Assembly (NCBI GenBank): GCA_016199625.1
Contig: JACQGI010000039.1
Location: 2,379-66,378, forward strand
From: Acidobacteriota bacterium
GTDB lineage: Bacteria; Acidobacteriota; Vicinamibacteria; Fen-336
DNA length: 64,000 bases
Direction: 5' to 3'
A model generated the notes under the pieces. That model was given only the letters and a program-made list of their open reading frames with translations, made no database searches and was not told the origin of the DNA. Of this stretch, positions 17,463-26,629 are shown in pieces. The position numbers and the translations under genes are program-made. Every line of letters starts with the position of its first letter. The first letter of the stretch is position 1.

Positions 17463-19139
17463 ATGTATCGCCTCATTTACCAGGACGGCGAGAGCCCCCA
17501 GAGCCACACCTTCACGTCGGGGGAGGTGGTGATCGGGCGCTCGCCCGAGTGCCAGGTCGTCCTCAAGGACTTCGGGATCTCGCGCCAGCACGCCAAGGTC
17601 GTCGTGGACGAGGACGGCGCGCGAATCATGGATCTCAAGTCCAAGAACGGCACCCAGGTCAACGGCGTGCCGGTGGTCGAGGCGCCTCTCAAGGACGGCG
17701 ACCGCATACTTCTGGGGAAGTTCCAGCTCACCTTCAGCAAGAGCCTCGAGGGGAAAGTGGTCCTCGACGAGGCGAAGCCGCTCTCCGAGGAGGCGGGCAC
17801 CATCATCCGGAGCGTCGGCGAGCTGTCGAAGCTGCTCTCGGCCACGGACACCTCCGCTGGCGTTCAGGCCGCGGCCGACGCCAAGAAAGCCCCGGCCGAC
17901 GTCCAGGAGATCGAGAAGTCCAACCGGATCCTGAAGGTCTTGACCAAGGTGGCCGAGACCCTGATCGCCGTGCGGCCGGTCGAAGAGGTTCTCCAGCAGG
18001 TCATGGACATCGTCTTCGACCACGTTCCGGCTGACCGCGGCTTCCTCATGCTCCTCGAGGAGGGTGACACGAAGCTCGTCCCCATGGTGATCAAACACAA
18101 GAACCCCGCTCTCGCCGACTCTGCGAAGATCACCATCTCCAAGACGATCGCCGACCGCGTGATGAAGGACCGTGTCTCGATCCTCACCTCGGACGCCATG
18201 GTGGACCCGCGCTTCGGCGCCGGCGACTCCATCCGCTTCCACGGGATCCGGAGCGCCATGTGCGCGCCGCTCTGGAACAAGGACCAGGTCATCGGGATCA
18301 TCCACGTGGACTCGCCGATGCTGACCAACTGTTTCACCCTCAACGACTTGGATCTGCTCACGGCCCTCGCAAACTACGCCGCCGTGGCGGTCGAGCGGGC
18401 GCGGCTCAACCAGAAGATCCTCGCCGAAGAAAAGAAGCGCGAGCGCCTGGGTCGCTTCCTGTCCCCGCAGGTCACGAGCCGGATCCTCGCCACCTCCGAT
18501 TCCCAGGGTGCGGCCCTGGGCGTCCCGGAGGAAAAGCACGTCTCGATCCTGTTCGCCGACATCGTGGGCTTCACCAGCATGTCGGAGAAGATGAGCCCGG
18601 CTGCCGTGGCGCTGCTGCTCAGCGACTACCTTTCCCGGATGACCGACATCGTCTTCAAGTACGAGGGGACGCTGGACAAGTACATCGGCGACGCGATCAT
18701 GGCGGTGTTCGGCGCGCCCCTCGACATGCCCGACCACGCCGAGAGGGCGATCCGGGCCGCCCTGGAGATGCAGGAACGCCTCGCCGAGTTCAACTCCGAG
18801 CGCAAGGAGGGCCCCCACCTGCGGATTCGCATCGGGATCAACAGCGGGAAGGTCGTGGCGGGCGAGATCGGCAGCGTGAACAAGAAGGAGTACACCGTTC
18901 TCGGCGACACGGTGAACACGGCGAGCCGCCTCGAGAGTTCCGTGGCCAAGCCCGGGATGGTCGTGGTGGGTGAGAACACTTACGAGGCCGTCAAGCAGCT
19001 CTTCCAGTGCAAGAGCCTGGGCAAGGCCACGCTCAAGGGCAAGGAGAAGGAGGTGGCGGTCTACGAGGTCGTGGCCCCCGTGGGCGCCAGCGACTCGACC
19101 CCGGCCCCCGCCCCGGACGCCGCCTCGCGGGAGGCCTGA
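17463..19139 (+). CDS. FHA - GAF - class III adenylate/guanylate cyclase.
   Basis: N-terminal FHA domain (GRSPECQVVLKDFGISRQHAKV...KNGTQVNG). Central GAF domain. C-terminal cyclase motifs (ILFADIVGFTSMSEK, KYIGDAIMAVFGAP, GINSGKVVAGEIGS, VLGDTVNTASRLE). Confidence 0.8.
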   Translation: MYRLIYQDGESPQSHTFTSGEVVIGRSPECQVVLKDFGISRQHAKVVVDEDGARIMDLKSKNGTQVNGVPVVEAPLKDGDRILLGKFQLTFSKSLEGKVVLDEAKPLSEEAGTIIRSVGELSKLLSATDTSAGVQAAADAKKAPADVQEIEKSNRILKVLTKVAETLIAVRPVEEVLQQVMDIVFDHVPADRGFLMLLEEGDTKLVPMVIKHKNPALADSAKITISKTIADRVMKDRVSILTSDAMVDPRFGAGDSIRFHGIRSAMCAPLWNKDQVIGIIHVDSPMLTNCFTLNDLDLLTALANYAAVAVERARLNQKILAEEKKRERLGRFLSPQVTSRILATSDSQGAALGVPEEKHVSILFADIVGFTSMSEKMSPAAVALLLSDYLSRMTDIVFKYEGTLDKYIGDAIMAVFGAPLDMPDHAERAIRAALEMQERLAEFNSERKEGPHLRIRIGINSGKVVAGEIGSVNKKEYTVLGDTVNTASRLESSVAKPGMVVVGENTYEAVKQLFQCKSLGKATLKGKEKEVAVYEVVAPVGASDSTPAPAPDAASREA

Positions 19140-19143
19140 CCCG

Positions 19144-20955
19144 GTGCCCGTCCCGGTCGCGAGACGGCGCGGCCGCATCCTCTACGCGCTCCTACTCCTC
19201 CTCTTCGCCCTCGGCGTCGTCCCCCTCCTGTGGACGTCCTACGCCCTGGTGTCGGGTGCCCGCGAGACCCTCGAGCTCTACCAGAAGGGGATCCAGCTCG
19301 ACAAGGCCCGGAGCCTCTCCCAGCAGGTGGCCACCTACGTGCGCAGCCTCCAGTCACAGGTCACGGCGGTCGCCCGCACCCTCGAGGTCGATGCTGCTCC
19401 CGGCCAGTTCGCCTCGCGGGTGGGCCGCATCCGGGAGCAGGAGGCCCTGAAGAGGTACGTCGAGGGGACGAGCCCCTTCAACTACATCAGTGTCGTCGAC
19501 GCCAAGGGCTCCGGCGCCCGCTCGGGCGTGCAGCTTCCGGAACCGGCCATCCAGCAGCTCCTCGAGGAGGGCTTCCACCGCGGTCTCGAGGGCAAGCGGA
19601 TGATGAGCCACCCGGTGATCGCCCTCTCGATCAAGGAGCCGGTGATCATCCTCGCCGAGCCCGTGACGCTCCGGGACCCGAAAGCCAGCGACGGCGAGGG
19701 TGTGAAGGTGGAGGGTGTAGTCCTGGCGGTGGTGACCCTAGGCCCCCTCTGGACCATGACCCAGCAGATGGCCCAGGAGGGCCTCGTGGACGTCTACGTC
19801 GTGGACGGCCGTGGGCACCTCGTGGCCCACTCCGACCCGCACCGCCTCAGCCCCGAGGAAGGCGAGCCGGACCTCGACGTCTCCAACGTCGAGATCGTCC
19901 GGAAGTTCCTCGAGTCGCGTGGCCGGGCCTCGTCCACCGAGCCGTTCACGCTGCCCACCAAGGACGGCGTCCTCAAGATGCTGGGGACTTACACCCGCGT
20001 CCCGGACTCGGGCTGGGGCGTCATCGTCCAGGTGGACCTGGACAAGGCGTACTACACGGCCATCAAGATGAGGAACGAGTCCCTCCTCCGTGTGGCACTC
20101 GTGACCGTCCTCTGCGTGTTCCTCGGGAGGCTCTTCGCCGGCCAGATCAGCCGGCCCATCCAGGAGCTGGCCCGGGGCGCCCGCCGGCTCGCCGGCGGCG
20201 ACTACGCCACGAGGGTCCAGATCCGCAGCGGCAACGAGGTCGGGGAGCTGGCCGACGCCTTCAACCACATGGGGTCGGAGATCCAGAAGGCCATCGAGAA
20301 GATCCGGGAGCAGGCCGCCGTCAACAAGGAGCTCTTCATGGGCTCCATCAAGATGCTGGCCAACGCCATCGACGAGAAGGACGTGTACACCCGTGGCCAC
20401 TCCGAACGCGTCGCCTACTACTCCATGGTCATCTCCAAACACATGGGGATGCCCGCCGACGAGGTGGAGCGGGTCTACCTCTCCGGGATCATCCACGACG
20501 TGGGGAAGATCGGCATCGAGGACAAGATCCTGCGGAAGCCCGCAGCCCTCACCGATGAAGAGTACGAGATCATGAAGCAGCACCCCAAGAAGGGGGAGCA
20601 CATCCTCGAGGCCGTCCCCATGCTCAAGGCGATGGCGGGCGCCGGGCTCATGCACCACGAGAACGTGGACGGCAGCGGCTACCCCGACGGCCTCAAGGGT
20701 GACGCGATCCCACTCCTCGGGCGGATCGTGAGCGTCGCGGACGCGTTCGACGCCATGACCACGGATCGCCCCTACTCGAAGGCCATGACCTTCGAGGCAG
20801 CGCTCGCCCGCCTGCGGTTCCTGGCGGGGAAGAAGTTCGATGCCACGTGCGTCGGGGCCATGGAGAAGGCCGCGGCGGCAGGGGACCTCTCTCCGGCCAA
20901 GGCGCGCCGCGCCGCCGTCGCGGCGCGCCAGCAGGCGGTCCCGACCTCGTCATGA
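19144..20955 (+). CDS. Membrane sensor - HAMP - HD-GYP phosphohydrolase.
   Basis: Two TM segments flank a periplasmic sensor of about 290 aa, followed by a HAMP domain. HD-GYP motifs read HSERVAYY...IIHDVGKIGI...HHENVDGSGYPDGL. The GTG start lies 5 nt after the cyclase stop. Confidence 0.8.
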   Translation: MPVPVARRRGRILYALLLLLFALGVVPLLWTSYALVSGARETLELYQKGIQLDKARSLSQQVATYVRSLQSQVTAVARTLEVDAAPGQFASRVGRIREQEALKRYVEGTSPFNYISVVDAKGSGARSGVQLPEPAIQQLLEEGFHRGLEGKRMMSHPVIALSIKEPVIILAEPVTLRDPKASDGEGVKVEGVVLAVVTLGPLWTMTQQMAQEGLVDVYVVDGRGHLVAHSDPHRLSPEEGEPDLDVSNVEIVRKFLESRGRASSTEPFTLPTKDGVLKMLGTYTRVPDSGWGVIVQVDLDKAYYTAIKMRNESLLRVALVTVLCVFLGRLFAGQISRPIQELARGARRLAGGDYATRVQIRSGNEVGELADAFNHMGSEIQKAIEKIREQAAVNKELFMGSIKMLANAIDEKDVYTRGHSERVAYYSMVISKHMGMPADEVERVYLSGIIHDVGKIGIEDKILRKPAALTDEEYEIMKQHPKKGEHILEAVPMLKAMAGAGLMHHENVDGSGYPDGLKGDAIPLLGRIVSVADAFDAMTTDRPYSKAMTFEAALARLRFLAGKKFDATCVGAMEKAAAAGDLSPAKARRAAVAARQQAVPTSS

Positions 20956-21710
20956 GAAGGAAGACCATGATCAGAGCCTCGTCCCTCGCCCTCGCCCTCG
21001 TCGGCCCGGTTCCCGCCCTGGCCCAGGCGGGGCCGGCCGCCGACCCGGAGATCGCCTTCAGCGTGGGGCTCACCCACCTCCGGGAAGGGCGCTGGCAGCT
21101 GGCCCTCGAGGAGCTCAGGAAGGCGGTCAAGCAGGATCCGAAGAACCCGTACTTCCAGAAAGGGCTCGGCCAGGCCTGTCTCAGCCTCAACAAGCTGGGC
21201 GACGCCGAGAAGGCGTTTCGCAGGGCCCTCGAGCTGAACCCCTACTACGTGGACGTCCACAACGACCTCGGCACCACGCTCCTTCTCCAGGGGAAGCGCG
21301 AGGAGGGCAAGAGGGAGTACCTCACGGCCTTCAACGACCCGATGAACCCCACGCCCGAGCTCACCGCCCGGAACCTCGGCCACGCCTACTTCGACGAGAA
21401 GAACTATCCCGAGGCCCTCAACTGGTTCCGGACGTGCATGGCGCGGAACAAGTTCTACCCCGACTGCCCGATCCGTCTCGCCGACACCCTGGTGGTCCTG
21501 GGCCAGATGGACGACGCCGTCGCGCAGCTCGAAGCCGCCCACAAGGCGATGCCCGACGAGCTGGCGGTGACACTGGCCCTGGGTGAGGCGTACTACCGTG
21601 CCGGCCGGTTCAACGACGCTCGCGGGACGCTCGAGCAGGTGGCGGGCAAGGACCCCGCTGGGCCTCACGGCCGCAGAGCCGCGGAGCTGCTCGAGAACTT
21701 CCCCAAGTAG
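20952..21710 (+). CDS. Secreted TPR-repeat protein.
   Basis: Signal peptide MIRASSLALALVGPVPALA followed by several TPR motifs. ATGA overlap with the HD-GYP stop. Confidence 0.6.
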   Translation: MRRKTMIRASSLALALVGPVPALAQAGPAADPEIAFSVGLTHLREGRWQLALEELRKAVKQDPKNPYFQKGLGQACLSLNKLGDAEKAFRRALELNPYYVDVHNDLGTTLLLQGKREEGKREYLTAFNDPMNPTPELTARNLGHAYFDEKNYPEALNWFRTCMARNKFYPDCPIRLADTLVVLGQMDDAVAQLEAAHKAMPDELAVTLALGEAYYRAGRFNDARGTLEQVAGKDPAGPHGRRAAELLENFPK

Positions 21711-21720
21711 GCCGCTCCCC

Positions 21721-22074
21721 GTGCCCTACCAGTCGATACTCGATGAGCTGGTGCGCTCCGTCGACGGAGCTCAGGGAGCGCTCCTCCTGGACGCCTTGGG
21801 CGAGGTCGTGGTGGAGTCCGGGGCCCGCGACGAGCGGCACCGGCTCATCGGCGCCTACCAGGGGATCGCGTTGGCTTCGGCGCGGAAGACCTCCGCGCGC
21901 TACGAAGTCGGAGACGTGCACTACATCCTCTGCCGCTACGCATGGGGTCACGTCATCCTCCGTCCCCTGAAGGACGGCTACTACCTCGTCGTGTCCCTCG
22001 CTCCCGAAGCCAACGTCGGCGAGGGCGTCCACCGCTCGGCGCTCACCCAGGAGCGCATGGACGGCGCCATCTGA
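21721..22074 (+). CDS. Roadblock/LC7 (MglB-like) domain protein.
   Basis: Roadblock-like pattern over about 117 aa: SILDELVRSVDGAQGALLLDALGEVVVESG...ARYEVGDVHYILCRYAWGHVILRPLKDGYYLVVSL. GTG start 11 nt after the previous stop. Confidence 0.5.
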   Translation: MPYQSILDELVRSVDGAQGALLLDALGEVVVESGARDERHRLIGAYQGIALASARKTSARYEVGDVHYILCRYAWGHVILRPLKDGYYLVVSLAPEANVGEGVHRSALTQERMDGAI

Positions 22075-22093
22075 GGGGGCGAGGCGCGGAACG

Positions 22094-23011
22094 ATGAGCG
22101 GCCCGTCGGTCCTGGAACGGCTCCGCAAGGGTCTCACGCGCACCCGCAACGTCCTCGAGATGCCCATCGAGGACCTGGTCCGCGGCCGCCGCCCCCTCGA
22201 TTCCGCGGACCTCGATGCCGTGGAGGAGGCCCTTCTCGCCGCCGATCTGGGGCTCCCCGCGGTCGCGGAGGCCATGAAGGTCCTTCGAGAGCGGAGCGGC
22301 GAGCTCGCCGCCGGCGGTCTTCCGGCGATGCGGGCGGCGCTCCGGGACGAGATTCGGCGGGCCGTCGAGCGACCCGCGCCCGTCCAGCAGTTCTCGGCCC
22401 GACCCTGGGTCGCGTTCGTCGTGGGGGTGAACGGCGCGGGCAAGACCACGACGATCGGGAAGCTCGCGAGAGCCTGGTCAGCCGAAGGAAAGTCCGTGCT
22501 CCTCCTCGCTGCCGATACGTTCCGTGCGGCGGCCGCCGAGCAGCTCGCCGTGTGGGCCGAGCGGACCGGCAGCCCGTTCCACAGGGGAGCGGAAGGCGCC
22601 GACCCCTCGGCCGTTCTCACCGACGGCCTGCGGGCGGCGCGGGCTCGCGGCTACGACGCGGCGCTCGTGGACACGGCCGGACGGCTCCACACCAAGGGCA
22701 ACCTCATGGCCGAGCTGGCCAAGATGTCGCGGGTGGCGGGCAAGGAGGTCCCGGGCGCGCCCCACGAGACCCTCCTGGTCCTGGACGCCACCACCGGAAG
22801 CAACGGCCTGGCCCAGGCGCGGGAGTTCTCCCGCGCCGGAGGCCTCACCGGCCTCGTGCTCACGAAGCTCGACGGAACGGCCAAGGGGGGCGTCGCCGTG
22901 GCGGTGGTGCGGGAGCTGGGCGTGCCCATCCGCTACGTGGGAGTCGGCGAATCCGCCGAGGACCTGCTTCCCTTCGACGCCGCCGCCTTCGCCGAATCGC
23001 TATTCTCATGA
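22094..23011 (+). CDS. ftsY: Signal recognition particle receptor FtsY (short NG-domain form).
   Basis: GVNGAGKTTTIGKLA, DTAGRLH and GLVLTKLDGTAKGG motifs. Confidence 0.9.
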   Translation: MSGPSVLERLRKGLTRTRNVLEMPIEDLVRGRRPLDSADLDAVEEALLAADLGLPAVAEAMKVLRERSGELAAGGLPAMRAALRDEIRRAVERPAPVQQFSARPWVAFVVGVNGAGKTTTIGKLARAWSAEGKSVLLLAADTFRAAAAEQLAVWAERTGSPFHRGAEGADPSAVLTDGLRAARARGYDAALVDTAGRLHTKGNLMAELAKMSRVAGKEVPGAPHETLLVLDATTGSNGLAQAREFSRAGGLTGLVLTKLDGTAKGGVAVAVVRELGVPIRYVGVGESAEDLLPFDAAAFAESLFS

Positions 23012-24129
23012 AACCCGACGACGAACGCTGGATGCGGCGGGCGTTGGAGCTGGCGGCTCGCGGCGCAGGAGAGACCAACCCCAATCCCATGGTGGGCTGC
23101 GTCGTCGTTCGAAGCGGGCGCGTCGTGGGCGAGGGCTGGCACCGGCGCGCCGGCGGCCCACATGCCGAGGTCACGGCGCTGCGGCGGGCCGGAGCCCGTG
23201 CTCGCGGCGCGACCCTGTACGTGACCCTCGAGCCCTGCGCCCACCAGGGGCGGACGGCGCCCTGCGCGCCGCTCGTCGCAGCCGCGGGGGTCCGTCGCGT
23301 GGTCGCAGCCGTTCGCGACCCGAACCCCCTCGTGAACGGCCGTGGCCTCGGTCTGGTGAGGCGCCGGGGTCTCGAGGTCTCCCACGGCGTCCTCGCCGCG
23401 GAGGCGGAGCGCCTGAACGTGCGTTTCCTCACCGCCGCGCGCGCCCGCCGGCCTTTCGTGCTCCTCAAGGCGGCGATCACCCTGGACGGCCGGATCGCCA
23501 CCGCACGGGGGGAATCCAAGTGGATCACGAGCGCGGCGCAGCGGCGTGCCGCGCGATCCCTCCGTCGGCTCCATGACGCCGTGGCGGTGGGGATCGGCAC
23601 GGTCCTCGCGGACGACCCGCTGCTGCTGCCCCGGCCGGCCGTCGCACGGCCCTTCCATCGAGTCGTCTTCGACTCGCGCCTCCGCCTGCCGCTGCGCTCG
23701 CGCCTGGTACGAACGGCCCGTCGCGCGCCGGTCCTGCTCCTGTGCCACAGCGCCTCGCCGGCACGGCGACGCGCCCTCGAGGCCCGGGGCGTGACGGTGG
23801 TGCCGTGCCCCGGACGGGACGGCCGTGTCTCCCTGTCGCGGGCCCTCGACGCGCTGCGGGAGCGCGGCATCGGGAGCCTGATGGTGGAGGGCGGGTCGGA
23901 GCTCTTGGGCTCTTTCCTGGGCGCGCGCCTCGTGGACCAGGTCGCTCTCTTCCGTGCCCCGCTGCTCCTCGGCGGCCGCGGAGGGCGCCCGGCTTTCGGT
24001 GGCCCGGATCCCCCCCGCCTCGGCGACGCCTTGCCCCTGCATCGGGTGCCGAGCCCGGGCGATCACTACGAGCTCTGGGAGCCCGTCGGCTCCTCAGCCG
24101 GGAGACGCGCGGGACGCAACCGGGGATAG
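23008..24129 (+). CDS. ribD: Bifunctional riboflavin biosynthesis deaminase/reductase RibD.
   Basis: The deaminase motif reads HAEVTAL...LYVTLEPCAH. The reductase domain follows. ATGA overlap with ftsY. Confidence 0.9.
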   Translation: MKPDDERWMRRALELAARGAGETNPNPMVGCVVVRSGRVVGEGWHRRAGGPHAEVTALRRAGARARGATLYVTLEPCAHQGRTAPCAPLVAAAGVRRVVAAVRDPNPLVNGRGLGLVRRRGLEVSHGVLAAEAERLNVRFLTAARARRPFVLLKAAITLDGRIATARGESKWITSAAQRRAARSLRRLHDAVAVGIGTVLADDPLLLPRPAVARPFHRVVFDSRLRLPLRSRLVRTARRAPVLLLCHSASPARRRALEARGVTVVPCPGRDGRVSLSRALDALRERGIGSLMVEGGSELLGSFLGARLVDQVALFRAPLLLGGRGGRPAFGGPDPPRLGDALPLHRVPSPGDHYELWEPVGSSAGRRAGRNRG

Positions 24130-24187
24130 GGTCCGCCGCGCGGCCTCGCCCTTTGTGTCCTCCCCGCCTTTGTGGTGAACTGGGCTC

Positions 24188-24790
24188 GTGTTCACCGGGA
24201 TCGTCGAGGAGACCGGAACCGTGGATGCTGCGGTGCGGCGGGGCGGCATCCTGGCCTTGCGCGTCGCCGCCCAGCGCATCCTGGGCGACCTCCCCCTCGG
24301 AGGCTCCATCGCCGTCGACGGCTGCTGCCTCACCGCGGTCGAGGTGGACCGGCGCGGCTTCGTGTGCGAGCTGACCGAAGAGACCCTGCGCAGGACGGCC
24401 TTCGAGGAGCGCCTTCGACCCGGCGTCCGCGTGAACCTCGAGCGCCCGCTCCGCGCCGACGGACGCTTCGACGGCCACATCGTCCAGGGGCACGTCGACG
24501 GCGTGGGCCGCATCCTCGAGATGCGGCGGCTCGGCACTTCGGCCGAGATGTCGGTAGCGATCGGCGAAGACCTCGAGCCTTACCTCGTGCCCAAGGGCTC
24601 CGTGGCGGTGGACGGCGTCTCCCTCACCGTGGCCGTCCTGGCCCCGGGCGCCTTCACCGTCGCCCTGATCCCGTATACACTGGACCATACGAGCCTGGGG
24701 GACGCGCGCCCCGGTGACCGCGTGAACCTCGAGGCGGACGTCGTGGCCAAATACGTGGAGAGGCTCCTCGCCCCCCACCGTCACCGGTAG
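24188..24790 (+). CDS. ribE: Riboflavin synthase alpha subunit.
   Basis: MFTGIVEETGTV start and the duplicated lumazine-binding repeat. Confidence 0.9.
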   Translation: MFTGIVEETGTVDAAVRRGGILALRVAAQRILGDLPLGGSIAVDGCCLTAVEVDRRGFVCELTEETLRRTAFEERLRPGVRVNLERPLRADGRFDGHIVQGHVDGVGRILEMRRLGTSAEMSVAIGEDLEPYLVPKGSVAVDGVSLTVAVLAPGAFTVALIPYTLDHTSLGDARPGDRVNLEADVVAKYVERLLAPHRHR

Positions 24791-24802
24791 AGAGAGCACT
24801 CG

Positions 24803-26011
24803 ATGCCGTTCAGCAGCATTCCGGAAGCCATCGAGGACATCCGGGCCGGCCGGATGGTCATCGTGGTCGACGACGAGGACCGGGAGAACGAAGGCGACCT
24901 CACCATCGCCGCGGAGAAGGCGACCCCCGAGGCCGTCAACTTCATGGCGCGCCACGGCCGCGGCCTGATCTGCCTGCCCATGACCGGCGAGCGACTCGAC
25001 GAGCTGCGCATCCCCCTCATGGTGCGCGACGAGCAGAACGACGCCAAGTTCGGGACCGCCTTCTGCGTCCCCATCGAGGCCAAACAGGGCACCACCACGG
25101 GGATCTCGGCGGCCGATCGCGCCCGCACGGTCCTCGCGGCGGTCGACCCGGCGACGAAGCCGTCGGACCTGGCGCGCCCCGGCCACATGTTCCCCCTCCG
25201 CGCGATGCCCGGGGGCGTGCTCCAGAGGGCCGGCCAGACCGAGGCGGCGGTCGATCTCGCGAGGCTGGCGGGGCTCCATCCCGCCGGAGTCATCTGCGAG
25301 ATCATGCACGAGGACGGGACGATGGCCCGGGTCCCGCAGCTCGAGGACTACTGCCGGACCCACGGTCTCCGGATGATCACCATCAAGGATCTCATCCAGC
25401 ACCGGATGAGGACCGAGCGGCTCATCCGGAAGATCGCCGAGGCCAACCTGCCGACCCGCTACGGGCCCTTCCGCATCCACGCCTACGAGAGCCTCACCGA
25501 CGGCCGGCACGACGTGGCCCTGGTCATGGGCGAGATCAGGCGCCAGGATCGCGTGATGGTGCGCGTCCACTCCCAGTGCCTCACCGGCGACATCTTCAGC
25601 TCGACGCGCTGCGACTGCGGCGACCAGCTCCACACGGCCCTCGAGGTGATCGGCAAGGAGGGGAAGGGCGTCCTCCTGTACCTTCGCCAGGAGGGGCGCG
25701 GCATCGGACTCGTCCACAAGATCATGGCGTACCAGCTCCAGGACCAGGGCAAGGACACCGTGGAGGCCAACGAGGCGCTCGGGTTCAAGGCCGACCAGAG
25801 GGATTACGGGATCGGCGCCCAGATCCTGGCGGAGCTCGGCGTCCACAGGATGCGCCTGCTCACGAACAACCCTCGGAAGTTCGTGGGCCTCGAGGGCTAC
25901 GGCCTGGAGATCGTCGAGCGGATCCCCATCGAGGTGCCCGCCAGCGACGCCAGCCGGCGCTACCTCAAGACGAAGAAGGAGAAGCTCGGGCACCTGTTGC
26001 GGAGCGTCTAG
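24803..26011 (+). CDS. ribBA: Bifunctional 3,4-dihydroxy-2-butanone-4-phosphate synthase / GTP cyclohydrolase II.
   Basis: [17 protein letters not shown] motif of DHBP synthase, and the CDCG zinc site with RQEGRGIGL of GTP cyclohydrolase II. Confidence 0.9.
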   Translation: MPFSSIPEAIEDIRAGRMVIVVDDEDRENEGDLTIAAEKATPEAVNFMARHGRGLICLPMTGERLDELRIPLMVRDEQNDAKFGTAFCVPIEAKQGTTTGISAADRARTVLAAVDPATKPSDLARPGHMFPLRAMPGGVLQRAGQTEAAVDLARLAGLHPAGVICEIMHEDGTMARVPQLEDYCRTHGLRMITIKDLIQHRMRTERLIRKIAEANLPTRYGPFRIHAYESLTDGRHDVALVMGEIRRQDRVMVRVHSQCLTGDIFSSTRCDCGDQLHTALEVIGKEGKGVLLYLRQEGRGIGLVHKIMAYQLQDQGKDTVEANEALGFKADQRDYGIGAQILAELGVHRMRLLTNNPRKFVGLEGYGLEIVERIPIEVPASDASRRYLKTKKEKLGHLLRSV

Positions 26012-26032
26012 GCAGGTCAGCGGAGCGAGAGC

Positions 26033-26493
26033 GTGATCGAGGAGTTCCTGCGGAGCGTTCCGCTGTTTCGCGACATGGACGACGAAGAGCTGGCCCAGGT
26101 GCTGATGGTCGGGATCGTCCGGCGTCATCGGGAAGGGGCGACGATCCTCACCGAGGGGACCCCCGGCGGCCAGCTCCACGTGATCCACGAGGGCAGGTCC
26201 GGATCAGCAAGGTCGTCCCCGGGATCGGAGAGGAGGCCCTCACGATCCTGCACGGCGGGGACTTTTTCGGCGAGGTGGAGTTCTTCGACGGGGCTCCGTC
26301 CTCCGCCCACGCCATCGCCCACACGGATTGCGAGGTGCTGGCGTTGCCGCACACGGAGATCGCGGAGCTCATGGGCCGCCGGCCGGAGCTGGCCGCCAAG
26401 TTCCTGTGGGCGTTCGGCCGGACGCTGGCCGCCCGGCTTCGGGATACGAACCACAAGATGGCGACCCTGTTCGCCATCTCCCGGGTGTTCTGA
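26033..26493 (+). pseudogene. Stand-alone cyclic-nucleotide-binding domain protein with an apparent -1 frameshift near 26196-26202. This is either a disrupted gene or a single-base sequencing error in a G run.
   Basis: Frame A reads MIEEFLRSVPLFRDMDDEELAQV...LHVIHEGR. The expected continuation, VRISKVVPGIGEEALTILHGGDFFGEVEFF...RLRDT, is in the neighbouring frame (track ORF 25576..26493). Inserting one G at cagg|tcc restores a canonical cNMP domain. Confidence 0.55.
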
Positions 26494-26522
26494 GGGCGCC
26501 TAACCCCCACGGAACCCGAGGT

Positions 26523-26552
26523 TTGACAAGACCGGGCCCGTTGCCCTAAAAT
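26523..26552 (+). promoter_or_regulatory. Near-consensus sigma-70 promoter, TTGACA-N18-TAAAAT, upstream of ffh.
   Basis: Read directly. It lies about 75 nt upstream of the ffh ATG. Confidence 0.5.
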
Positions 26553-26629
26553 CAACCGTTACTTTGGTTTGCCCTGCGCGGACGTCGGCGGCCCTCGGCC
26601 ACGCCGCGCGACGCTTGGGGTCTGGCCTC

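Noticed and set aside
16260-19178. 972-aa - strand ORF opposite gpsA and the FHA-GAF-cyclase gene.
   Set aside because: It is antisense to clearly homologous + strand genes. The translation is Arg/Gly/Asp-rich with no recognisable domains.
22552-24129. 525-aa track ORF extending ribD upstream through ftsY.
   Set aside because: The upstream part is an alternative frame across ftsY. ribD really starts at the ATG at 23008, which overlaps the ftsY stop.
24129-24188. Possible FMN riboswitch between ribD and ribE.
   Set aside because: Only 58 nt of spacer are available, which is too short for an RFN element. No conserved FMN-aptamer helices are visible.
23525-26188. 887-aa - strand ORF opposite ribD, ribE and ribBA.
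   Set aside because: It is antisense to the riboflavin operon and has no domain signatures.
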